This document shows, piece by piece, positions 19,163 through 27,251 of a stretch of DNA of 64,000 nucleotides. Location of the stretch: the NCBI GenBank assembly GCA_934119935.1, contig CAKOSX010000005.1, positions 4,933 through 68,932 of the forward strand, in the 5' to 3' direction. The translations under genes and the position numbers were made by a program. The number at the start of each line of letters is the position of its first letter. Position 1 is the first letter of the stretch. The notes under the pieces are model-generated. The model made no database searches. It was given only the letters and a program-made list of their open reading frames with translations, and had not been told where the DNA came from. The DNA comes from an uncultured Clostridia bacterium (GTDB lineage: Bacteria; Bacillota; Clostridia; TANB77; CAG-508).

Positions 19163-20113
19163 ATGACAGAACGGCAACTCAAAATATTAAAGGAAGATTA
19201 TTTTTACATAACGGGAATAGTACGTGCAAAAACAGTTGACAAGTCTTTTATCGCAATCAAACTCGGCGTAAGTTGGCCTACTGTGAAGAAAAAAGTTGCA
19301 TCTTTGCTTAATGAAGGCATAATAATTAACGAAGGAGATTCTTATAAGTTCAATCCAGATATTTTAGACACATCATTATTTATTGGCATTTATTCTGATG
19401 GAATTAGCATTAATTGCATTGCACTGAATCTAGCCCAAGAAACTGTTGAATTAAGTGAAGTGCTCTCTAAGGAAAACTATGATAGTTTTATTGCAAGCAT
19501 TCATAACACAAACCTTAGTCTTTTGTCCAAAATCACATTTTTAGTTCATCTCTTCTCGCAAGAGGACAAAATACTAAATGTCGGCATTTCCATTCAGGGA
19601 ACAATAACTCTCTCAGGTGATGTCGTTATCTCCAATTCACATTTATCATTGAGCAGTTCTTCTTTCCTAGACAAATGTACACTTTTCGAAGCAGTACGAG
19701 CTAATTACTACATGTTAAAATCAGATCACTTACTAGATGATATGTGGTATCTGTATGTTGGCAATGACGCCATTTATCTGTTATCAAATGACACAATTAG
19801 TCCCGCCAAGGGATTAATTACTCTTGACACATGCGAGAAAAAGGCTATTAGCACGCTGTTTAAGCATAACACAGATCAAATTAGCCTTTTTGAGGCAAAA
19901 GACATCGTATTGCGTAAAATTATTCCTTTTATGCAGTTTGTACATCCTTCCATTTTAATCGTCGGAGGAGCTTTAGCCAGCCAGGAAGTTTCCAGTTTTG
20001 TCTATTCCGACTTTAAGGCTTTAAACATCAGCGAAGTAAAATTCGATGACAGCAACTTTACAAAGTCTATTGCATGCTTTGCGATGAGCAAGTTCTTCAA
20101 AGGTCGGGAATGA
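19163..20113 (+). CDS. putative winged-HTH regulator with a degenerate ROK/sugar-kinase-like C-terminal region
   Basis: N-terminal HTH-like segment (IAIKLGVSWPTVKKKVASLLNEGII). The remainder resembles ROK proteins only loosely. G+C looks slightly higher than the flanks. Confidence 0.35.
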   Translation: MTERQLKILKEDYFYITGIVRAKTVDKSFIAIKLGVSWPTVKKKVASLLNEGIIINEGDSYKFNPDILDTSLFIGIYSDGISINCIALNLAQETVELSEVLSKENYDSFIASIHNTNLSLLSKITFLVHLFSQEDKILNVGISIQGTITLSGDVVISNSHLSLSSSSFLDKCTLFEAVRANYYMLKSDHLLDDMWYLYVGNDAIYLLSNDTISPAKGLITLDTCEKKAISTLFKHNTDQISLFEAKDIVLRKIIPFMQFVHPSILIVGGALASQEVSSFVYSDFKALNISEVKFDDSNFTKSIACFAMSKFFKGRE

Positions 20114-20115
20114 TA

Positions 20116-20394
20116 TCATTCGCAATAAAAGAGTCGTATCTTCTGAATAGATGGTACGACTCTTTTAGGCATTTTTATCGTTTTCCTGACGTCAGGAAAA
20201 TGTTCAGTTACGCTAATACCAGTGTTTTCACAGGCAATCATTGCTTTATTTATTACCTTTTCAAAGTTCTCCCATTTATTATACTCTAATATCTTTTGTA
20301 ATTCTCTTCCATACCAATACTCAATTCAATTCTCGTCAATGTGTCTAGTGTCTTCAAACGTTTGATTTTCTCTCTTCGCATTTCTCATCCCCAT
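20116..20394 (-). pseudogene. DinD-like (DNA-damage-inducible protein D) 5' fragment with an in-frame TGA and a truncated C-terminus
   Basis: Manual translation gives MGMRNAKRENQTFEDTRHIDEN*IEYWYGRELQKILEYNKWENFEKVINKAMIACENTGISVTEHFPDV... This matches the conserved DinD N-terminal block, then diverges and stops. Confidence 0.6.
20130..20166 (+). terminator. hairpin terminator after the ROK-like gene
   Basis: AGAGTCGTA/TACGACTCT stem followed by TTT. Confidence 0.6.
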
Positions 20395-20535
20395 CACTCC
20401 ATTTACATTTAATGGAATTAAATATAAAACGTTTGTTTGTGTTTGTCAAGCATTTTTTATATTTTCCTAAAAAAAAAGTTGTATTCTTCTAAATAGATAA
20501 TACAACCATTTTTCACTTAATACATATATAAATTT

Positions 20536-20620
20536 TGGTGGAGATGAAGGGAGTTGCCAAGCCGCGTCGGGAAAATTGTCCACTGGACAATTTTCTATTC
20601 CTCCTTTTCGACTCCCTAGA
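20536..20620 (-). repeat. distal att-like unit: 21-nt tmRNA 3'-end core plus a 64-nt conserved arm
   Basis: TGGTGGAGATGAAGGGAGTTG, then GCCAAGCCGCGTCGGGAAAATTGTCCACTGGACAATTTTC... Nearly identical to 25063-25147. Confidence 0.8.
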
Positions 20621-20926
20621 ACTTTATATTATTCATTTAAGTTATATATAAAGTTCTAGTTTTTCTTTCTGTTCTGGTGCCATCGAGGTAGTTATCTACA
20701 ACTTTTTGGCTCTCATAACGATTGAGACAAATATCAATCAATTTATATATAAATTAACAGATTTTTTTATAAAAATCAAGAAATTTTATAAAAAAATCTT
20801 GCGAAATTTTGTTTCTTTTATATTGATTAATTTTAAATTCTATGTTATACTAGCTGACATAGGAAATGATGATAAGCAGATGTGGTTTTGCCACCAATTA
20901 TACGAAATATCGTAAGAGAGGTGGTG

Positions 20927-21046
20927 ATGTTTATGGTTAAAGTGATACTATTTTTTATAATATCATTTATGTTATCTTTAACATTAAACGTTGCCTTGAC
21001 AGCAGTTCTGTATAAGAACTGGGTTGATAAGCAACTACATAAATAA
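20927..21046 (+). CDS. small hydrophobic peptide, type I toxin-like (39 aa, or 37 aa from the second ATG)
   Basis: GAGGTGGTG SD. MFMVKVILFFIISFMLSLTLNVALTAVLYKNWVDKQLHK has a single TM helix and a basic tail. A paralogue lies at 59271-59372. Confidence 0.6.
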   Translation: MFMVKVILFFIISFMLSLTLNVALTAVLYKNWVDKQLHK

Positions 21047-21049
21047 AAA

Positions 21050-21135
21050 AGCTCACATCTGTAACTTTGGCGAGTTAGGTGTGAGTTTTTACAACTAATT
21101 TCGGCAAAACCACGTTTGTGGGTTTGTCATTTCCT
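21050..21135 (-). ncRNA. predicted antisense (antitoxin-like) RNA convergent with the peptide gene
   Basis: Minus-strand promoter TTGACT-17-TATAAT (21170-21142). The start lies near AGGAAATGAC, and the RNA shares the bidirectional hairpin at 21050-21085. Confidence 0.45.
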
Positions 21136-21190
21136 ATATTTATTATACACAGATATTTAAGAAAAGTCAAATAAAATTTCGCAATTAAAA

Positions 21191-21646
21191 TTATTTACTA
21201 AAAAATCTTATTATAAATTTCCATACTTTTTTATACCATTTAATATTATTTATTTCTATTAAATCTAATTTTTGCTCTTGTTCGGTAGCATCCAAAATAA
21301 TTTTTTTCTTATTATTCTTAAAAATATTATCAGAATTATATCTTTCTTTCTTTTTTTCTTCTAATTGCATTCTATCATAATTTTGTTTAGTAATAATTTT
21401 TTCTTTTTGTAATTCTGTAGCCCAATAATCTCTAAATAAAATCGCAATAATTGCTTTTGCAGTTTTTGATACATTTTGTTCATCTAAAGTTTTATTTGGA
21501 TTATATTTAAATATATATTCTTTATTGTGATTTGTTTCGAAAAGCTCTATTTTAGAATTTGGTATTTTTTCATAATCTTCTTTGGAAATGTATTTTAAAA
21601 TTTCTAAAACTTCACTATAAGCATTTGCATATTCAACACTTACCAT
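21191..21646 (-). CDS. hypothetical protein (151 aa), translationally coupled to the upstream 787-aa gene
   Basis: The ATG lies 1 nt after the upstream stop. N-terminal helical region and Lys-rich C-terminal half. No family recognised. Confidence 0.6.
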   Translation of the reverse strand: MVSVEYANAYSEVLEILKYISKEDYEKIPNSKIELFETNHNKEYIFKYNPNKTLDEQNVSKTAKAIIAILFRDYWATELQKEKIITKQNYDRMQLEEKKKERYNSDNIFKNNKKKIILDATEQEQKLDLIEINNIKWYKKVWKFIIRFFSK

Positions 21647-21647
21647 T

Positions 21648-24011
21648 TTATCCTCCTATAGTTGCTTGATTTTCCTTTGTTTTATCTAAATCTCTTTCTT
21701 GACTTTCAATTGTTCTTTCAGTTTCATCTATTAAAATAGTATCAGATATTTCATCAATAACTTGTTTTCCTAATTTTTGTCCATTTGTTAATTGACTATC
21801 TTTAAATCTATCTTTACACATCTCTATAAATTCTAAATGAGTAAAAATCTTTTTATAGTCCATTCCAAACTCTTGCAACCACTTCTGAATTCTTTCTTTG
21901 TTTTCTTCTGTTGTAATTATTCCAACAAATCTGTCATCATCTTCCTTAAAATCAATTGATTGAACTCCTCCTGGTACTTCAGAGCCAAAATTTTCTAAAC
22001 CTTTATAAATCTCATCTTTTTTTGGATAAAATGCAAATATAGCTCCATAAGGTCTGGCTGAGTCGATTCCTGGGTCTGCAAATTCAACAGGAACATGAAT
22101 ATCATATTTATTAGCAACAGCAATTTGTATAGCAAACGATTTGAAATCTACACCTCTTTCTTCAGGTGTTTTTAGTCCACCAGTCTTTAATATTTCATAT
22201 ATTGCTGCAATATCATTATTCCCGTGAAATACCATAGGAATGCCATCTGGTATAATTTCAGCAACTTGCTTGCTAAATGACTGACGAATTCTTTTCCTTT
22301 CTTCTAAATCTTCTGGAATATCTTCTCTCATATATGAAAGTTGATTTTCTAGCTCATTTATTCTTCTTTTTATCTTTTCAACTCGACTACCATATGCCTC
22401 TGCTTTTCTTGTTTCATTATTCTTTATCGCTTCATCATACATTGTTTTATATTTTGTTAAACTATTTTTTTGACTTTCTAAAATTTTTCTAACATACATT
22501 TTTTTATTTTCAAGCATAATTGTTTGATTCCTTTCTAAGCCAGAGTATAAGCCTGCATACCTTGTTTGAGCTATCTCTCTTTGCAATCCTTGTTCATAAG
22601 TTTTTCTATTAGTTCTTTCTAAATTATGATCTAATGTATCACTTATAGACCAATATGTTATTCCATCTAACTGTACTCCAGTTTCTTCAATAGCTTTTGA
22701 AATTTCATCCATTCTCATTGATTTAAACTCTGCTATACTTCCAATAGTAATACCACTTTTACTTATTTTACTATTAATAAGTTCTACCAAATCCTGCTCA
22801 GAACGTATTTTTCCATTTTCATCAAACATAAATCTTTCTGGTAAACACATATCAAATTCTGTTATTTGAGTTCTAATTCCTAATTGTTCTAATCTTTTAA
22901 AGGCCTCAAAACATTGTCTAATATCATCTGTATTTTGTGTCATCTCAATATGCATCTGTGTACCAATTGTATCAATTAATCCAGGAGCTAGTCCATTAAT
23001 TCGAGATAATTGTTCTATTACAACTTGTCTTCTTTCAGGATTTTCCAAAAACGGTTCATTATATACATACGTTACTCCATCTGGTTTGTTTTCTAATGCA
23101 TACTGAAAAATGCTAACTAATTCTTCGTTGGAAATTCCGTATAATTCTTGCCACATATTTCTGTATGGTTCATCAAAAGAAATTATCTCATTAAGCAAAT
23201 CTACAGAACATATTACTCCTTTTCCATTTATCTTATGCTCCTCATTATATTTTGAAATAAAATCTATAGATTTCTTTACATATTTTTGCAGTTCTCCTAA
23301 AACATATTCTTTTTGCTTGCCTATTAAATGTTCTTCCATAGTTTGTTTATCTAATAATGTATGATATCTTGCATACATTCCATTTTTATAGCAAAAATCT
23401 AGACCCCTTTGAGCATAATAAAAATCATATTTTTCCATATTTGGTATATGTTCATCATACATTTTTTTTGTAACATCATAATATCTTCCTGCTCCTATTA
23501 GAAGAGTATTATGATTAGATAAAATATCATTTAATCCGGATAATTCTTCATAAGTTATGCTTGTCATTTGATCTCTTTCTGTTCCAATAAATCTATGAGC
23601 TTTTTCTGTAAAAATATCATAACTTTCAGGGTGTTCTGCTTTTAATTTTTTCTTAATACCTTCATAACCATTATTTTGAAATACTGAAATGTATGAATCT
23701 ACTTCATCAGCAGTAATTCCTGAATGCTTTAATGCTAATTTCAAAACACTTCTTCTGTTTTTAATACTTTGTTCCATTGATACTAATGTGCTCTTATATT
23801 GTTCGACAAGCATTCTTTTTATATCTTCAATATCGTTATCATTCCAACTAGTTAAATCTTCTTCAGAAATATTTAACTGTGAACAATTAATTGCAAAATC
23901 TTTTAATTCTTCTATATTTTTACATTGAATTATACTTAATAATTCAATAGTTTCTGAATTCAAATAAATTCCATTTATTTGACTCTCTAACTTTAATGAA
24001 AATTCTTGCAC
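21648..24011 (-). CDS. large multidomain island protein: GH10-like TIM-barrel region, coiled coil, and a possible ADP-ribosyltransferase/Tpt1-like C-terminal domain
   Basis: Blocks YDFYYAQRGLDFCYKNGMYARYHTLLD, VDLLNEI, YVYNEPF, IDTIGTQMHI, QITEFDM and GITYWSISD parallel the GH10 signature blocks. The C-terminal segment reads VFHGNNDIAAIYEILKTGGL. No signal peptide. Confidence 0.55.
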   Translation of the reverse strand: MQEFSLKLESQINGIYLNSETIELLSIIQCKNIEELKDFAINCSQLNISEEDLTSWNDNDIEDIKRMLVEQYKSTLVSMEQSIKNRRSVLKLALKHSGITADEVDSYISVFQNNGYEGIKKKLKAEHPESYDIFTEKAHRFIGTERDQMTSITYEELSGLNDILSNHNTLLIGAGRYYDVTKKMYDEHIPNMEKYDFYYAQRGLDFCYKNGMYARYHTLLDKQTMEEHLIGKQKEYVLGELQKYVKKSIDFISKYNEEHKINGKGVICSVDLLNEIISFDEPYRNMWQELYGISNEELVSIFQYALENKPDGVTYVYNEPFLENPERRQVVIEQLSRINGLAPGLIDTIGTQMHIEMTQNTDDIRQCFEAFKRLEQLGIRTQITEFDMCLPERFMFDENGKIRSEQDLVELINSKISKSGITIGSIAEFKSMRMDEISKAIEETGVQLDGITYWSISDTLDHNLERTNRKTYEQGLQREIAQTRYAGLYSGLERNQTIMLENKKMYVRKILESQKNSLTKYKTMYDEAIKNNETRKAEAYGSRVEKIKRRINELENQLSYMREDIPEDLEERKRIRQSFSKQVAEIIPDGIPMVFHGNNDIAAIYEILKTGGLKTPEERGVDFKSFAIQIAVANKYDIHVPVEFADPGIDSARPYGAIFAFYPKKDEIYKGLENFGSEVPGGVQSIDFKEDDDRFVGIITTEENKERIQKWLQEFGMDYKKIFTHLEFIEMCKDRFKDSQLTNGQKLGKQVIDEISDTILIDETERTIESQERDLDKTKENQATIGG

Positions 24012-24086
24012 TTTTTCACCTTCTATTGTTTAATTCAAAAATATTATATCAATAACTTTTAATTTTTACAATGATTTAGAACATTT

Positions 24087-24383
24087 TTAAGTATAATTAA
24101 TATTGTTAAACAAATATAATGCTACTTTATTTTGCTCTGTTGTTTCCATTTCCATAAGTTTAGCCATTGCAAACATTACAATCTTATATTTAGCAAAGTT
24201 TCTAAGTGTAATTCTATACTCTTCATCAATATCTTTTAGCATAGTATCAAATTTTTCATAATTGTCTTTAGTATTATATGACCATTTACTTTGACTCATA
24301 CATATTGCTAGTCTTAATTTATCTTTTATATCCATGTCATTTATCCTATTTATTAAATATTTTATTTTTTCACTTTCCAACAT
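24087..24383 (-). CDS. hypothetical protein (98 aa)
   Basis: ORF only. Same strand as, and upstream of, the 787-aa gene. Confidence 0.4.
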   Translation of the reverse strand: MLESEKIKYLINRINDMDIKDKLRLAICMSQSKWSYNTKDNYEKFDTMLKDIDEEYRITLRNFAKYKIVMFAMAKLMEMETTEQNKVALYLFNNINYT

Positions 24384-24391
24384 TGCACTCC

Positions 24392-24948
24392 TTACTTTAA
24401 TTCCATATTATTTTTCTTTTTAACATTAGTATTATTAAGTTCATCTGCTGGTTTAATTTTTCTTGATATATCATTAACAATTCGATTATCATTGTCATCA
24501 AAAATACCATTTTTATATAGGTCATCGCTAACATATTTATACTTTTCATCTTTATCAAATCCAATTTTATTTTGGAAGTATTTAATTAACTTATGCCAAA
24601 ATCCTTTGAATTTTTGTAGCTCTGTTTTAAGCTTTGCTTTTTCAGTTTGTAATTTATTAATAATCTTATCTTTAGTAGATAATTCGCTTTTCAAACTGAT
24701 AATTTGATCTTTTTAGATAAATTAGAAATATAAACATCATTTGAATAATTGAAAACTAACAAATTAATGTTTTTTACAATTACCTTATGTGGTTCGATAT
24801 AAGATAAATTGGTCTTTTCAATTTTTCTAATACTACCTTTTATAAAAGTAGGAGTTACTTTTGAAAACTCACATATAAATTCTAGTCTTTGCTTTAAACT
24901 TTCCTCAAATTGTATTTCCTGTTTAATTATCTTCATTACAGACACCAT
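24392..24948 (-). pseudogene. frameshifted island ORF (85-aa and 100-aa pieces)
   Basis: The two ORFs abut in different frames around an A5 run (TCTAAAAAG). A one-nucleotide change would join ...YISNLSKK to DQIISLKSELSTKDK..., a continuous coiled coil. Confidence 0.45.
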
Positions 24949-25062
24949 CCTTTCGTTTGGATGATTTTTATATTGTTTTTAAACAACAAAAAAATCAACC
25001 AGATTTATTTTCTGATTGATTTTTGTATCTATCTGTTTTATTAGTTCGAACAGATACGTCAT

Positions 25063-25147
25063 TGGTGGAGATGAGGGGAGTTGCCGAGCCGCGTCGGGAA
25101 AATTGTCCACTGGACAATTTTCTATTCCTCCTTTTCAACTCCCTAGA
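25063..25147 (-). repeat. proximal att-like unit: 21-nt tmRNA 3'-end core plus a 64-nt conserved arm
   Basis: TGGTGGAGATGAGGGGAGTTG, then GCCGAGCCGCGTCGGGAAAATTGTCCACTGGACAATTTTC... It lies only 51 nt from the true tmRNA end. Confidence 0.8.
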
Positions 25148-25198
25148 CCAACTATTTTTCAGCCTAGTTATTTTTTGTCAAAATTCTAATTTTTATTC

Positions 25199-25560
25199 TG
25201 GTGGAGATGAGGGGAGTTGAACCCCTGTCCAATATTCTTTCCATATACGTTTCTCCGAGTGCAGTTTGTTATTTAATTTTCCCTGTAAAATTCATTAACA
25301 AACAAACGGATTTTACAAGTAACCATTTGTTTTACCTACTGTTTTAATGGCTAAAACAGTGTTGTTATCCTACTAATTGACGCCTTATCTAAGACCGTAG
25401 GCCTTCTTAGTAAGACGGGCCGCCTAAGCTTAGGCAGCGTATGCTAATTCTGTATTATCAGCGTTTATTTTTATTTCTGCTTTTTTATAGTGGCCGAAGC
25501 AGCCATCCACTACTCGCTACATATACTTCTGGGATACTGTCGAAAACCAAATACATCCCC
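25199..25560 (-). ncRNA. ssrA: transfer-messenger RNA (tmRNA)
   Basis: The 5' end GGGGATGTATTTGGTTTTCGACAG pairs with the 3' end CATCTCCACCA. T-arm AGGGGTTCAACTCCCCT. Tag reading frame GCT GAT AAT ACA GAA TTA GCA TAC GCT GCC TAA encodes ADNTELAYAA. Confidence 0.93.
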
Positions 25561-25679
25561 ATATGTATTTATTATACTCTAATTTCACATTAAAGTCCAC
25601 TATTTTTTTATACTATACATAATTTTCGAAATAATTTACTTTATAGTTAACTGGCACACCATAAAAGTACATTTATAAT

Positions 25680-25708
25680 TTGACATAAAGTGGAAAATGT
25701 CGTATAAT
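25680..25708 (+). promoter_or_regulatory. perfect consensus sigma-A promoter (TTGACA-17-TATAAT)
   Basis: Read directly; located 62 nt upstream of the ATG at 25770. Confidence 0.75.
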
Positions 25709-25769
25709 AGGAGTAGAGGCGTTTGCCTTTTTTACACACACAAAAAACATCAGAAAAAGGAGATAGACT

Positions 25770-26885
25770 ATGAATCAAAAAGAATTAGTTAATCCTAGCG
25801 CCGTTCCGACTCTCAAGTTTCGGAGTAAGTTTTTAAGGTTGTTTGAGACCTTATCCGAGAGCACTCAAAAGGAGTTGTACTCGATTATCGAGAAATTTGT
25901 AAACGAGCAGAATGACGTGTATGCAGCCGACATCCTGTGGAAGATTACTTATAACTGTTTTTGGGGGCTTAGCATTCTTGGTCTGAAGGTAAAGGATGAA
26001 ATCTTTAAAGACATCCTTGTTCTTGAGGAGAAATACCGTTCTCCTCACGCAAGGCCGCTCGAGATTCCTCCTGAACTTGTGACACCACTTAAGAACGAAC
26101 TTAGGTTTCAGCGGAAAAAATTTCATCCAGATTTTCTAATTGTTCATTTCCCTGAGGAATGTGAACAACCTTTCAAGAAGCTTTTGGATGCTTCTGCCGA
26201 TCCAGTTCTAACATACGTCGCATGTTATCATTGTTACGATGTTTGTTACTTATCCAATGAGCAGGAAGTTGAAAGAATTCTATTCCTGCTAAAAAGCAAA
26301 GTTAAAGAGAACGTATTTGGTGGAATCCGAAGCTTGAAGTTTAGTTACGAACAGGCTCAATATTTCATGAAGTTAGCACCTTACATTGCTAACTATCTGG
26401 AAGCTCTTTGGCAATCAATTCTTCCAGAAAAAGAACCTGTTTTGAACACCCCGCTTGCAGCTCCGCTCGAAGCATGGCGTGATTCTCACTCCGAAGCACT
26501 ATCGTCTGATGAGCTTCCTTTTGATGAAAGCTCTGCCGAAGAAGTTTTTGGCGAGAACAACTCCACACAACAACCTGCTATGGATGAAATGCCCGAGGAC
26601 ATTGATGAGTCTCTCCAATCTCAGCTATCTTGCCTAAAATCAGCACTTTCTGTTGATTTAGTGGCAAAAAGACCTCTGTCTGTGCACAATATTCTTTCAG
26701 ACAGAGAGCTTTTCCAAAAGCTGTTGGAAAAGGCCTACGATGACTCTTTCAAAAAGTCACTAGGCGAGTTTGCTCAGATTGTGTATGCTCTAAAAAGCAG
26801 GGGCTACGATTACAAAGAGGCAATTGTTGTTTTACCCAGAATCGAAGCAATAATTGGTTCCATGTCTATTCTGGAAGGGGCTTAA
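25770..26885 (+). CDS. hypothetical protein (371 aa) with an acidic, probably disordered central segment; compositionally foreign
   Basis: AAGGAG SD. G+C is visibly higher than in surrounding genes. Followed by a strong hairpin terminator. No family recognised. Confidence 0.6.
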   Translation: MNQKELVNPSAVPTLKFRSKFLRLFETLSESTQKELYSIIEKFVNEQNDVYAADILWKITYNCFWGLSILGLKVKDEIFKDILVLEEKYRSPHARPLEIPPELVTPLKNELRFQRKKFHPDFLIVHFPEECEQPFKKLLDASADPVLTYVACYHCYDVCYLSNEQEVERILFLLKSKVKENVFGGIRSLKFSYEQAQYFMKLAPYIANYLEALWQSILPEKEPVLNTPLAAPLEAWRDSHSEALSSDELPFDESSAEEVFGENNSTQQPAMDEMPEDIDESLQSQLSCLKSALSVDLVAKRPLSVHNILSDRELFQKLLEKAYDDSFKKSLGEFAQIVYALKSRGYDYKEAIVVLPRIEAIIGSMSILEGA

Positions 26886-26927
26886 GCTTATGATAGCTAT
26901 CCCCATATCACTTCCTGAGACACCAGG

Positions 26928-26965
26928 AGTGGCAGACTAACTTGTCTGCCACTTTTGGTATTTTT
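26928..26965 (+). terminator. rho-independent terminator
   Basis: AGTGGCAGAC/GTCTGCCACT stem followed by TTTTGGTATTTTT. Confidence 0.8.
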
Positions 26966-27037
26966 ATAATTTAATTAATTTTTTTTCTTTTAGTATTGCA
27001 CATTTTGCTATTTTATGCTATTATAATAAAGTCAGTT

Positions 27038-27112
27038 AGGGGTATGGTGTTAGTGGTAGCATGCCGGTCTCCAAAACCGTTGGGCTGAGTTCGAGTCTTA
27101 GTACCCCTGCCA
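27038..27112 (+). tRNA. trnW: tRNA-Trp (anticodon CCA), encoded CCA end
   Basis: Manual cloverleaf: acceptor AGGGGTA/TACCCCT, anticodon loop CTCCAAA, T-arm CTGAG-TTCGAGT-CTTAG. There is one C-U mismatch at the top of the anticodon stem. Confidence 0.9.
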
Positions 27113-27251
27113 AAAGCTTAGTAATTTATTACTAGCTTTTATTTTTTTCAAAAATATCTTGTGACTTCTGATTTGTGTCTTTTTCGTGAAAAGTATGGAC
27201 AAACTTTGATCAGTATGCTATTATGCTTATTATTAATGAAATGGGGTTTTT

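Noticed and set aside
20536-20620. The extra copies of the tmRNA 3' end (also at 25063-25147) as additional tmRNA or tRNA-like genes.
   Set aside because: Only the final 21 nt match ssrA. The upstream 64 nt cannot form a T-arm/acceptor structure with any 5' partner. They are better explained as att sites plus element arms.
25023-25220. 65-aa ORF spanning the att-like unit and the tmRNA end.
   Set aside because: It lies across the repeated tmRNA 3' core and its arm, and it is antisense to ssrA. It has no coding signal beyond being open.
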